From assembly GCF_000092465.1 (NCBI RefSeq), contig NC_014205.1, forward strand, positions 930,001 to 962,000: a stretch of 32,000 nt of DNA, in the 5' to 3' direction. The translations under genes and the position numbers were made by a program. This stretch comes from Staphylothermus hellenicus DSM 12710. Its GTDB lineage: Archaea > Thermoproteota > Thermoprotei_A > Sulfolobales > Desulfurococcaceae. A model generated the notes under the pieces. The model was not told where the DNA came from. It did not search any database and worked only from the letters and a program-made list of their open reading frames with translations. This document shows, one piece after another, positions 9,389 through 17,397 of the stretch (position 1 is its first letter; every line of letters starts with the position of its first letter).

Positions 9389-11158
9389 ATGCAATCTCTT
9401 AGAAAGATTTTATCAAGGTTTTCACGCGGGGAAGAGAAGAGAAGATTAAAAAAGATTCCTGGAGAGGAAGAGGTTTCTGAAGCTGTTAAATCAATTATTG
9501 TCCCAGTAGAGCCTATTCAGGTTGCAAAACGTGATCCTAGCTGGAGAATTATTGAGAGCTACTATGTATATAAACCATTCGTAAAAGTTATAATTACTGA
9601 AACACCTCAGGGACCAATGTATTTTGTTGAAGAATACGGTCTTACACCGAGTGATAAAGAAGTATTGGAGAAGCTCACGAATATTTTGATGGATGAAATA
9701 CGTCCCCCGACAAGGCCCGAAGATATCAAGGACTTGAAAGGATATGTTTTCAAAGAAACAGAGAGAATTGCTGATAAGTATAGGGAGAAACTTGGACTTG
9801 TTGGTGCCCGTAGGATCAAGTTGCTCTACTATATTGAGAGAAACCTATTAGGATACGGACCCATCGATCCATTAATGAGGGATCCAAACATAGAGGATAT
9901 ATCTTGTAATGGAGTAAACATACCAATATATGTTTGGCACAAGAAATACGAGAGCATCCCGACAAACATCACCTTCATAGATGAAGACTACTTGAACGAG
10001 TTCGTTATGAAAATGGCTCATATGGCTGGTAAACATATCAGTATAGCTTTCCCGATCCTAGACGCTATGTTGCCTGAAAAACACCGTTTAGCAGCTACTT
10101 TTGGTAGAGAAGTATCTGTTAAAGGCCCAACATTCACCATACGTAAGTTCCGCGAGAAACCATTTAGTGTTACAGAAATTATTCAATCAGGAGTCATTAA
10201 TAGTCTTGTAGCAGCTTATCTATGGACTCTCATAGAGCACGGCAAAACAGCGATGATCGCTGGCGGTACAGGTGTTGGTAAAACAACCATGTTAAACGTT
10301 GTCAGCATGTTTATCCGTCCCGGAATGAAGATTGTCACCATTGAGGACACACCAGAGATCAACCTACCACATCCAAACTGGGTACAATTAACAAGTAGGG
10401 AAACATACCTAGTAGGAACAAGCTCGCTGGGAACAAATATACGTTTATTCGACCTAGTAAAACTAAGCCTAAGATATAGGCCAGACTATATAATAGTTGG
10501 AGAGGTAAGAGGAGAAGAAGCATTCGTACTATTCCAAGCAATGGCTACAGGCCATGGTGGCTTATCAACCATTCACGCTGAAACACTTGATTACGCTATT
10601 AAGAGGTTGACAAGTCCGCCAATGAATATTCCGCCAACATATATGAAGCTCATGAATACGTTTATTCATCTACAACGTGTGATTGCACGTATTGAGAAGG
10701 GTGTTGTTAAGGTCCGGAGGAGAGCAACTATTGTACAGGAAGTCGAGGATTTCGGTAAGTATAGAACTATAGCTGTATGGGATCCTAGAACAGACCAGTT
10801 CAAAGTCAATCTCGAGGAAAGCATACATTTAAGAGATATTGCTGCAAAACGTGGATTAGAGCTTGAAGACATAATTGATGAAATATATCGTAAAGCAACC
10901 GTACTAAACTGGATGATCTATAAGAACATATTGAATGTATGGGATGTTTCACGGATAATATTCAACTACTACTATGATCCAGCTTCAGTATATAAGAGAG
11001 CTGTTAGAGAGCTTGAAGAAGCGGGTCGTGAAAAAGGCGTTTCCACAATGGTTGCTCCAGAAGAAGTAGCTTCCACAGAGGAATTAGTGGGTGGAACTAA
11101 AGAGATGGGAGAAGCAACTAAGGAATTATTTGAGAGAACAAGAGAGCTTGGAAAATAA
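9389..11158 (+). CDS. type IV pilus/secretion ATPase (FlaI/TadA/VirB11-GspE superfamily)
   Basis: Walker A AGGTGVGKTT, Walker B region PDYIIVGEVRGEEA, His box ATGHGGLSTIHA. 589 aa with an acidic ~49-aa C-terminal tail. Confidence 0.95.
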   Translation: MQSLRKILSRFSRGEEKRRLKKIPGEEEVSEAVKSIIVPVEPIQVAKRDPSWRIIESYYVYKPFVKVIITETPQGPMYFVEEYGLTPSDKEVLEKLTNILMDEIRPPTRPEDIKDLKGYVFKETERIADKYREKLGLVGARRIKLLYYIERNLLGYGPIDPLMRDPNIEDISCNGVNIPIYVWHKKYESIPTNITFIDEDYLNEFVMKMAHMAGKHISIAFPILDAMLPEKHRLAATFGREVSVKGPTFTIRKFREKPFSVTEIIQSGVINSLVAAYLWTLIEHGKTAMIAGGTGVGKTTMLNVVSMFIRPGMKIVTIEDTPEINLPHPNWVQLTSRETYLVGTSSLGTNIRLFDLVKLSLRYRPDYIIVGEVRGEEAFVLFQAMATGHGGLSTIHAETLDYAIKRLTSPPMNIPPTYMKLMNTFIHLQRVIARIEKGVVKVRRRATIVQEVEDFGKYRTIAVWDPRTDQFKVNLEESIHLRDIAAKRGLELEDIIDEIYRKATVLNWMIYKNILNVWDVSRIIFNYYYDPASVYKRAVRELEEAGREKGVSTMVAPEEVASTEELVGGTKEMGEATKELFERTRELGK

Positions 11159-11185
11159 AGCAGTTTAAACCTGATTTCTATTTAT

Positions 11186-12094
11186 TTATAATTCAGAAGC
11201 GTATTCTCTAAGATCGACAGTAAATACGTCTGCTTGTTTTCCTTCAAGAACGCATTCAATTTCCTTTACACCAACTTCTCTATTAAACAATTTCTTAAAG
11301 AACCCCTCTATAATGCCTTTAGTCATATTTCCAGCTTTCCCGACAAAACCATGTTCCGAACCATATTTTGCAAGAGCTGTGCACTCATAATTATTTCTAA
11401 TAATGATCCTATAACTGTTTCCAAGTTCTTCTAAACCTTCTATCTCCATATCTCCTAATCCTAGAGCTTTACATACGTAAATAAACATTTTGAGAGAATC
11501 TCTCAGTCTTTCTTCATAATTCCTCTCAACATCCTTCATTAGCCCAGATATAAATATATCATAGATCGATTCTCCTATTCCTCTACCAAAATCCGTTAAG
11601 AAAGCGGCAGCGTTAAGCATTCCTTTTTTATACACGTAGTAAATAGCTCTTTCAATCATTCTTTTCGTAATAATAACTGATTCATCGTCAAGGAGTAATA
11701 GTCTATTGTATTTTAGGAAAACATAGCTATTAGTAGAAGTGATCACATCTATTTTTACAATATCATTCCCCAATTTATTCAGTATCCCATTTTTCAATTC
11801 TTCACCACAAGATTTATCACAATCATCAACAAGGATCAATATGAAACCATAATCACCATAAGCTATATTGGTCACATTAAGTTTGATTATATTTTTGCCT
11901 TTACCAGTTATTACTTCTGTGATCCTATGCATTATTCCCGGCTTATTTTTAGCTTTTAACAATAATAGTGATAATGGTTTATCCTCAGAGAAATATACAG
12001 TATCCAGGTAGAGGTCAGGAATATCCTCTTCTCTTTTCCTAACTATAGGCCCTTTCTTCTTTAATACTATTTTCCAAAAAGTCAATAATATCAC
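11186..12094 (-). CDS. ACT-like + V4R domain small-molecule-binding regulatory protein
   Basis: N-terminal half resembles an ACT fold (LSLLLLKAKNKPGIMHRITEVITGKGKNIIKLNV). C-terminus NNYECTALAKYGSE..GKAGNMTKGIIEGFFKKLF..VKEIECVLEGKQADVFTV matches the V4R (4-vinyl reductase) pattern. Confidence 0.55.
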   Translation of the reverse strand: MILLTFWKIVLKKKGPIVRKREEDIPDLYLDTVYFSEDKPLSLLLLKAKNKPGIMHRITEVITGKGKNIIKLNVTNIAYGDYGFILILVDDCDKSCGEELKNGILNKLGNDIVKIDVITSTNSYVFLKYNRLLLLDDESVIITKRMIERAIYYVYKKGMLNAAAFLTDFGRGIGESIYDIFISGLMKDVERNYEERLRDSLKMFIYVCKALGLGDMEIEGLEELGNSYRIIIRNNYECTALAKYGSEHGFVGKAGNMTKGIIEGFFKKLFNREVGVKEIECVLEGKQADVFTVDLREYASEL

Positions 12095-12218
12095 CTAGAG
12101 TCATACGCTATAAATTCATACAATATGCATTATATATTATTTTAATGAATAATATATAAAAGTCCTAATCGATGATTCAAAATATTCTTGGAGGAAAATC
12201 TTTATAATATATAGTTCT

Positions 12219-12992
12219 TTATTTTGTTTGGATCACTTCTACTTTATAGGGTAGATTTAGATCTATCATCGAAGTTATTACTTCTAAATCATTCTTAATG
12301 TTTTCCTTTAATTTTTCGATATCGCATTTGCCTAGGAACCCTTTCTTTTTAACATATACTCTAATATATATTATTCCACGGCTAATTGCTAGTTTTACAT
12401 CTACGAGTTTACAACCATATAGTGGAGCAAGATCTTCAACGTCTTGCTTGGTTTTATCGATTAATTCCTTGAGCATCTTGGAGAACTCCATTATTTTTGG
12501 TTCTTTTTTCTCAGCAGCATGAATAGTTGTGGGTACTATTTTCTTCTTAGTAATGAATTCCCTGTATACAGTCTTAGGTGCTTCCCGTGTTTTCTCCTCC
12601 TCATATGGTTGTATCTCGAATAACTTGAAGGTTAAGGGTTTAATTTTAGATGCGAGTATAAGTGTTGCTAAAGGTCTTAAACCAACTATTCTCGTACCCT
12701 TATCGGGATCTGTTTCGGCAGAAGAAACTATTACTCCGTGATCAATATATATAATGTATCTTTTATTGTTAAGCTCCGTAGTTAATAATACTTCTTTATC
12801 TTTACCAAGCTCATTAATCTTAAGCATATCTTCATATCCCAGTGTTATCTTCTTTAAAAACTTGCTCCGCATAAGTAGTTGGGCTTCGAAAGTAATATCA
12901 CTTAAAACATTCATTCTACCTGTATCAATTGGAAGAGACGCTATGATCTCATATACTTCTTTCTCCTCCTCGCCCAAATCTCCGCTCCTCAC
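12219..12992 (-). CDS. hypothetical protein (257 aa): two domains joined by a charged linker
   Basis: Long ORF with normal archaeal composition. I recognised no diagnostic motif. Confidence 0.65.
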   Translation of the reverse strand: MRSGDLGEEEKEVYEIIASLPIDTGRMNVLSDITFEAQLLMRSKFLKKITLGYEDMLKINELGKDKEVLLTTELNNKRYIIYIDHGVIVSSAETDPDKGTRIVGLRPLATLILASKIKPLTFKLFEIQPYEEEKTREAPKTVYREFITKKKIVPTTIHAAEKKEPKIMEFSKMLKELIDKTKQDVEDLAPLYGCKLVDVKLAISRGIIYIRVYVKKKGFLGKCDIEKLKENIKNDLEVITSMIDLNLPYKVEVIQTK

Positions 12993-13130
12993 ATACTAGA
13001 GTTAAAAAATAATGCTCCATATAATTCAAGTCTATTAATAGTTCTTGTTAAATAGATATTTAGAACACTAGATATAAGCTTAGCCCGCCGATATTGTTAA
13101 ATATTTTATGAACAAGCATGTATATGTGTA

Positions 13131-13402
13131 GTCCTGCCCAGGATGCGGTGGTTGGCTGAAGCACCTAGTAGGGCGGGTCTTAGCAACTCTAAGGATGAGG
13201 GGTTTTCCTCCCCCTCCAAGCATCTTCCCGGAGTGGTGAAGAAGATGATCCGCTCTAGGAAGGTGTGGATAGGGAGGGGGAGTGGGGTTACCCTGAATGG
13301 GGGCGAGACCAATGAAATGCCCCCAATGAACCCAGAGGGGGATGAGGCCAATGTGCCCCAAGGCCCATATCCGCGTTTATGAGCGGATATGAGCTGAACC
13401 CC
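13131..13402 (+). ncRNA. G+C-rich structured RNA, identity unresolved (SRP RNA and RNase P RNA considered)
   Basis: ~57% G+C by hand count against ~33% in the flanks, with several long helices readable by eye. G-U pairs work only on the + strand. A TATA-like stretch (13097-13108) lies upstream. Ends are approximate. Confidence 0.55.
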
Positions 13403-13425
13403 ATTACTTATAACCGCTACTATGA

Positions 13426-14772
13426 TTAAACCAATATCTGTGATATAGGTATTAGGGATGAGTATAGCAGTTTTAAATCCGACCTATAAGGTTCCGGAAC
13501 ATTAGTATTAATATTCATTATAATAACTATTTTTTGAGTACCACCAGTATTTAGGCTTACCATAAAGTTTACCAATCTATAAACTTCTTTCCATCCGCCA
13601 AGACTTATCATGAAATCTAGTAGGTCCTCGACCAATATGATCGGGGTAGAACCTTGTGAAAACAATTCTCTAACACCTCTTATAAGGACAGAATTGTCCG
13701 CAAATAATTCATATTGTTTAAAACATATAGACGACATACATTCTGTGCTTGCCTCTATTCTATATAGTGATTCTAATCCATGACCAATACTAACCTTATG
13801 TATCTCGGCGATTCCCAGTTTCCTTAATGCTTCTATATCACTAATTATTTTTGAATAAAGTTCATCCCAAGTCTTGGAGTGAGGCCTGCTAATAAACATT
13901 ATAACTTTCTTGTTACCATTAATATTGCTTAGTATTTCTTTCATAATCTCCATGATCTTTGCAGGCTTAGGTTTTTTGCTTCTAACTAATACCATGATTG
14001 AACCAGATTTTTTCAAAGATACCTTTTTGATGGAGAAATATAGTGGAGCAGATAAATCAGTGAAGTGGATATTGTAGAATAATATAATGTATCCTATCAA
14101 GAGCAGTATGCTAATAACATCAGCCCATAAATTTACCGAGTACATGAGTAAGGAGAATATTAATAAGGTGTCAATCAGTATTAAATGTGATTGCATTATG
14201 TATAGAGTATTTTTACCATTATAATATAATAGGAATACTGCTTTAGAAATATAGAGTATAAAGAACAATAGTATTATGAATAATTTGAATGCTAGGTATG
14301 AATTATCATATAATGAATAAATACTGACTAATACACTTGTAATAGTTACAATGATTATATGCATACTTACTAAAGTATTAAGTTCGTGTCCTAGATGTTT
14401 TTCCTTACTAAATCGAAGAATATTTATAATTCCGGCATAAACATCGAACTCGTTGCCCAGCATCCAAAAAGAAGAGATCTTATATATTAGCAATAAAATT
14501 ATTAGTAGAATTGCTAATACATTTATTATCCCAAACATGATCATATAGGATCCTAAAATAATAGTGTATATCAGTAAACCCGCTGATACTAAATATGTGA
14601 TAATATGTATGTTGAGAAATCTTGTAATTCCTCGAAAAGGCCGTGCATAATGAATATGCTTGTTATAGCTGTATAAACATATAAGTAGTAGGTATAAAGA
14701 TATAAATATTATAAGCCAAGATTTCTCAAGAGACGATATGGTAATGCTAATCATACCAATATAGTCTCCCAA
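13426..14772 (-). CDS. polytopic membrane protein with C-terminal degenerate KaiC/RecA-like (DUF835-type) domain
   Basis: About 8 hydrophobic segments in the first ~240 aa. The C-terminal ~190 aa (..STPIILVEDLLDFMISLGGWKEVYRLVNFMVSLNTGGTQKIVIIMNINT..) lacks a Walker A. TTG start at 14772 abuts the KaiC-like stop; alternative ATG at 14754. Confidence 0.65.
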   Translation of the reverse strand: MGDYIGMISITISSLEKSWLIIFISLYLLLICLYSYNKHIHYARPFRGITRFLNIHIITYLVSAGLLIYTIILGSYMIMFGIINVLAILLIILLLIYKISSFWMLGNEFDVYAGIINILRFSKEKHLGHELNTLVSMHIIIVTITSVLVSIYSLYDNSYLAFKLFIILLFFILYISKAVFLLYYNGKNTLYIMQSHLILIDTLLIFSLLMYSVNLWADVISILLLIGYIILFYNIHFTDLSAPLYFSIKKVSLKKSGSIMVLVRSKKPKPAKIMEIMKEILSNINGNKKVIMFISRPHSKTWDELYSKIISDIEALRKLGIAEIHKVSIGHGLESLYRIEASTECMSSICFKQYELFADNSVLIRGVRELFSQGSTPIILVEDLLDFMISLGGWKEVYRLVNFMVSLNTGGTQKIVIIMNINTNVPEPYRSDLKLLYSSLIPISQILV

Positions 14773-15549
14773 TTAATGTTCCTCCATATAACCAGCGCCA
14801 CGACTAACTTCTTTAGTGAAGGGAACATATGGCTCGATTAGTTCATGTATAAGTTTTAACCCAACAGTATAATCTACTTGGACTTCATATGGTGTTTTAA
14901 CTATATTAAACATTCTCGACTTTACTGGTACAAGTCTCACAGCTAATCTGGGAACTCCAGATGTTATCCATACATAATCCATTAACAATACTATATCTGC
15001 TATAAACTCTTCAGATGAGGAAAGAGCTGTTGTTGAGAACAATGGTAATTCTCCAATTAGTATGGTTGTTAAATCATTATCTATTGTTAAATGATATAGT
15101 CGAGTAATAAGTGTTCTTATTTGTTGCATTTTGAGATATAATGTTAAAGCATTAACACTATCTATAACTAAGTTCTTAGCATTTAGGCTACTTATCAAAT
15201 TCTCTATGTTTTCAAATAAGTCTAGTATTCTTTTAGAATCATAGCCATATATAGGGGGAGCGCCTGCGAAGTATATTGTATTATTTTCAATAAACTTTAC
15301 TAAATCATCGTAAAAGGAGAAGCCTCTAAAATGCTCTATGAACAATTCCTTGTTCTCAATGAGAGACACATATACTCCCTTCTCGTTTTCCTTAGCCCTA
15401 TTAATCAAGTATGTGGTGGCGAAGGTTGTTTTACCAACTCCTGGATGCCCTAAAACATATATCGTCCCCGGCCTTGGAAGCCCCTTATTCGCTAATATTC
15501 TCGTGTCTATATCGAGCATACCTGTTTTTATGAATTTAAGGCGAGGCAA
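14773..15549 (-). CDS. KaiC-like / RecA-superfamily ATPase (ArlH/FlaH-like size class)
   Basis: Walker A GHPGVGKTT, Walker B NLVIDSVNAL. Single-domain, 258 aa, TTG start. Confidence 0.85.
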   Translation of the reverse strand: MPRLKFIKTGMLDIDTRILANKGLPRPGTIYVLGHPGVGKTTFATTYLINRAKENEKGVYVSLIENKELFIEHFRGFSFYDDLVKFIENNTIYFAGAPPIYGYDSKRILDLFENIENLISSLNAKNLVIDSVNALTLYLKMQQIRTLITRLYHLTIDNDLTTILIGELPLFSTTALSSSEEFIADIVLLMDYVWITSGVPRLAVRLVPVKSRMFNIVKTPYEVQVDYTVGLKLIHELIEPYVPFTKEVSRGAGYMEEH

Positions 15550-15659
15550 AACTATCCCCCAATTAAATTATACTTGATACCATAAATTAATATTTACTAG
15601 CTAACGGCATATATAAACGTGTTAAATAAATCAATACGTGCAAGGGTAATTGTTTCAGA

Positions 15660-16121
15660 TTACTCTGTATTGAAATAATTAATTAAATCTTTAACGTCTT
15701 TTCTTTGAGTGATAAATACTGCTTTCTTAATGTGGGGATTTTCATCTAGTGCTTCAGCAATTGTTCGTACTACGAGGTATTTCTGAGTATTATCTTTGGC
15801 TTCTAAATCATCTATGTCAACAAATATAGTTAGATCCTTGCCGTCTTTTTCAGTGTTTTTCGCTGCTTTATTAAGGCTTTCTGCTAGTATTATCGGTGTT
15901 TTTTCATTAAACTTTTTTATTTCAACGACCTGAGGCTTATTACCGGTAATTTTATTATAATTTTTAATATTATCTTTTTTCTCCTCATCTATTTTGCTTG
16001 TCAATACGTATAAGACAGGGCTTCCTTTATTGGTTAAATCATCTAATAACTTCTCTGCTTCCACCCTATTCCTTACCGATACTATATCTTTGCTGTATTT
16101 TCTTTTTCTCCTTCCAAACAA
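15660..16121 (-). CDS. small cytoplasmic protein, possible stand-alone DUF835-like (P-loop-less KaiC-like) domain
   Basis: 153 aa. ..DLTIFVDIDDLEAKDNTQKYLVVRTIAEALDENPHIKKAVFITQ.. resembles the C-terminal domain of the 13426..14772 protein. No Walker A. Confidence 0.45.
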   Translation of the reverse strand: MFGRRKRKYSKDIVSVRNRVEAEKLLDDLTNKGSPVLYVLTSKIDEEKKDNIKNYNKITGNKPQVVEIKKFNEKTPIILAESLNKAAKNTEKDGKDLTIFVDIDDLEAKDNTQKYLVVRTIAEALDENPHIKKAVFITQRKDVKDLINYFNTE

Positions 16122-16201
16122 TAATATGTCGCCTCAAATTTCCTTTTCTTTATCTATTTTATTAATTATCGCCATGTTACCTCTCATTAATATTTATTCC
16201 T

Positions 16202-16227
16202 TATTTTATCTTTATAAAGATAAAATA
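16202..16227. repeat. 26-bp perfect palindrome in a divergent intergenic region
   Basis: TATTTTATCTTTA|TAAAGATAAAATA, checked base by base. The centre CTTTATAAAG is TATA-like. Confidence 0.7.
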
Positions 16228-16366
16228 TCATAAAATATTTTTAACAAATTTCTAAGCAGGGTTTTTCAATACATTGTTTTAACATCGATAAGTATAAAAA
16301 TTTCTAGCAATGAAAAAACTAAATTACCCCCCAATGGAATAGATTCAAGGATTTAAGAAAAACACG

Positions 16367-17365
16367 GTGATTGCGGAGATGAGTGAAAATAACAGCTATA
16401 TTATAGTAACGCATACAGATATGGATGGTGTTGGTTCAGCTGCTCTCTATATTTATTTACACGGTAAACAACCAGAGAAAATCTATTTCACCGAGCCATA
16501 CCTTCTATATAAAACATTACAGAAAATAGCTGGGTCGGATTATGAAGTAAGAAAGATTGCATTAATGGATCTTGGTATGAATAAGGAGACCATGGATAAG
16601 ATCATGGAGTATATTAGGATTATTCGAGGCAAGAACATCGATATAGAATGGTTTGATCACCATGTATGGGATGAGGATTGGATCAATAAGTTAAGGGGGC
16701 TGGGTGTTAAAATATATATTGATAGATCAACTTGTGCAGTAGGAGTAGTTGCAAAATATGCTGAAAAATACAGGAACAATATAGATGAAGAGTTTGTATC
16801 CGAACTTGTGAAAGGAGTATGCGCAGGGGATCTGTGGAGATTTGATCATTGGAGGGGGCCCTGGTATCTCCGCCTCGTAAGGAGACATGATGATCCAGAA
16901 TGGCGTCTCAAGGTGTTAGAGAAGATTAGCAGTGGTGTTTTATGGGATGATGAATTCACGGACAAGGTTGTAGAGAGATTTGAGAAAGAACTAATAGGCT
17001 ATAAAATGGTGGATAAAACAATTCTAACTAGGGAAATAAACAATATAAGAATAGCTGTAGTTTTACAGAACAAATATATTGAAAACAGTTTTACAGCATC
17101 CTATACCATGGGGAGAACAAACGCAGATATTGTAGCTGTTATTTCTAAAGATGGAAAAGTCAGTCTTAGAAGTAGAAATATAAACATTAGAAACCTAGCA
17201 CTAGCATTTGGCGGAGGAGGACACCCTAGAGCAGCAGGTTTCAAGATCAAAATACCACTAATTATTAGGTTAAAATCACTCCTAAAAAATAAAGCTCTCC
17301 AAGAATACATAATATCCAAACTCACCGAGAAAATACGTAATATCGGTATAGAACACATAGAATAA
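16367..17365 (+). CDS. DHH/DHHA1 family phosphoesterase (NrnA/RecJ-like)
   Basis: Motifs HTDMDGVGSA (DxD), WFDHHVW (DHH) and GGGHPRAAGF (DHHA1). GTG start; alternative ATG at 16379. Confidence 0.9.
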   Translation: MIAEMSENNSYIIVTHTDMDGVGSAALYIYLHGKQPEKIYFTEPYLLYKTLQKIAGSDYEVRKIALMDLGMNKETMDKIMEYIRIIRGKNIDIEWFDHHVWDEDWINKLRGLGVKIYIDRSTCAVGVVAKYAEKYRNNIDEEFVSELVKGVCAGDLWRFDHWRGPWYLRLVRRHDDPEWRLKVLEKISSGVLWDDEFTDKVVERFEKELIGYKMVDKTILTREINNIRIAVVLQNKYIENSFTASYTMGRTNADIVAVISKDGKVSLRSRNINIRNLALAFGGGGHPRAAGFKIKIPLIIRLKSLLKNKALQEYIISKLTEKIRNIGIEHIE

Positions 17366-17378
17366 TTATAATTAATAT

Positions 17379-17397
17379 CACCTATCAATTCTTTCTA
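17379..17397. repeat. 19-bp perfect inverted copy of the terminal CRISPR repeat end (partner 17794..17812)
   Basis: CACCTATCAATTCTTTCTA is the exact reverse complement of TAGAAAGAATTGATAGGTG at 17794-17812. Confidence 0.85.

Noticed and set aside
594-11158. Interpreting the locus as an archaellum (fla/arl) operon
   Set aside because: The ATPase is divergent rather than in a flaH-flaI-flaJ run, and no KaiC-like FlaH lies inside the operon. There is no recognisable FlaX/FlaF/FlaG set. The canonical small subunit looks like an adhesive-pilus pilin.
12130-12159. 11-bp inverted repeat TTATATATTAT-N8-ATAATATATAA between the 257-aa gene and the V4R gene
   Set aside because: It is a pure A/T, TA-repeat-like sequence in an AT-rich spacer. 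The chance of such symmetry is high, and it is more simply explained as promoter or terminator A/T tracts.
13080-13382. Three overlapping track ORFs (93, 81 and 79 aa) in the G+C-rich island
   Set aside because: They overlap each other on both strands. Their Pro/Gly/Arg-rich composition is unlike every other protein in the window. They coincide exactly with a region of strong RNA-type secondary structure, so they are open frames produced by G+C richness.
13131-13402. Calling the G+C island SRP (7S) RNA or RNase P RNA outright
   Set aside because: I could not locate the SRP helix-8 GGAA tetraloop with a 3' AGCA in proper register, nor RNase P CR-I/CR-V motifs, on either strand. The two hairpins in the three-way junction are much shorter than SRP helices 6 and 8. 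The island is left as unresolved rather than named.
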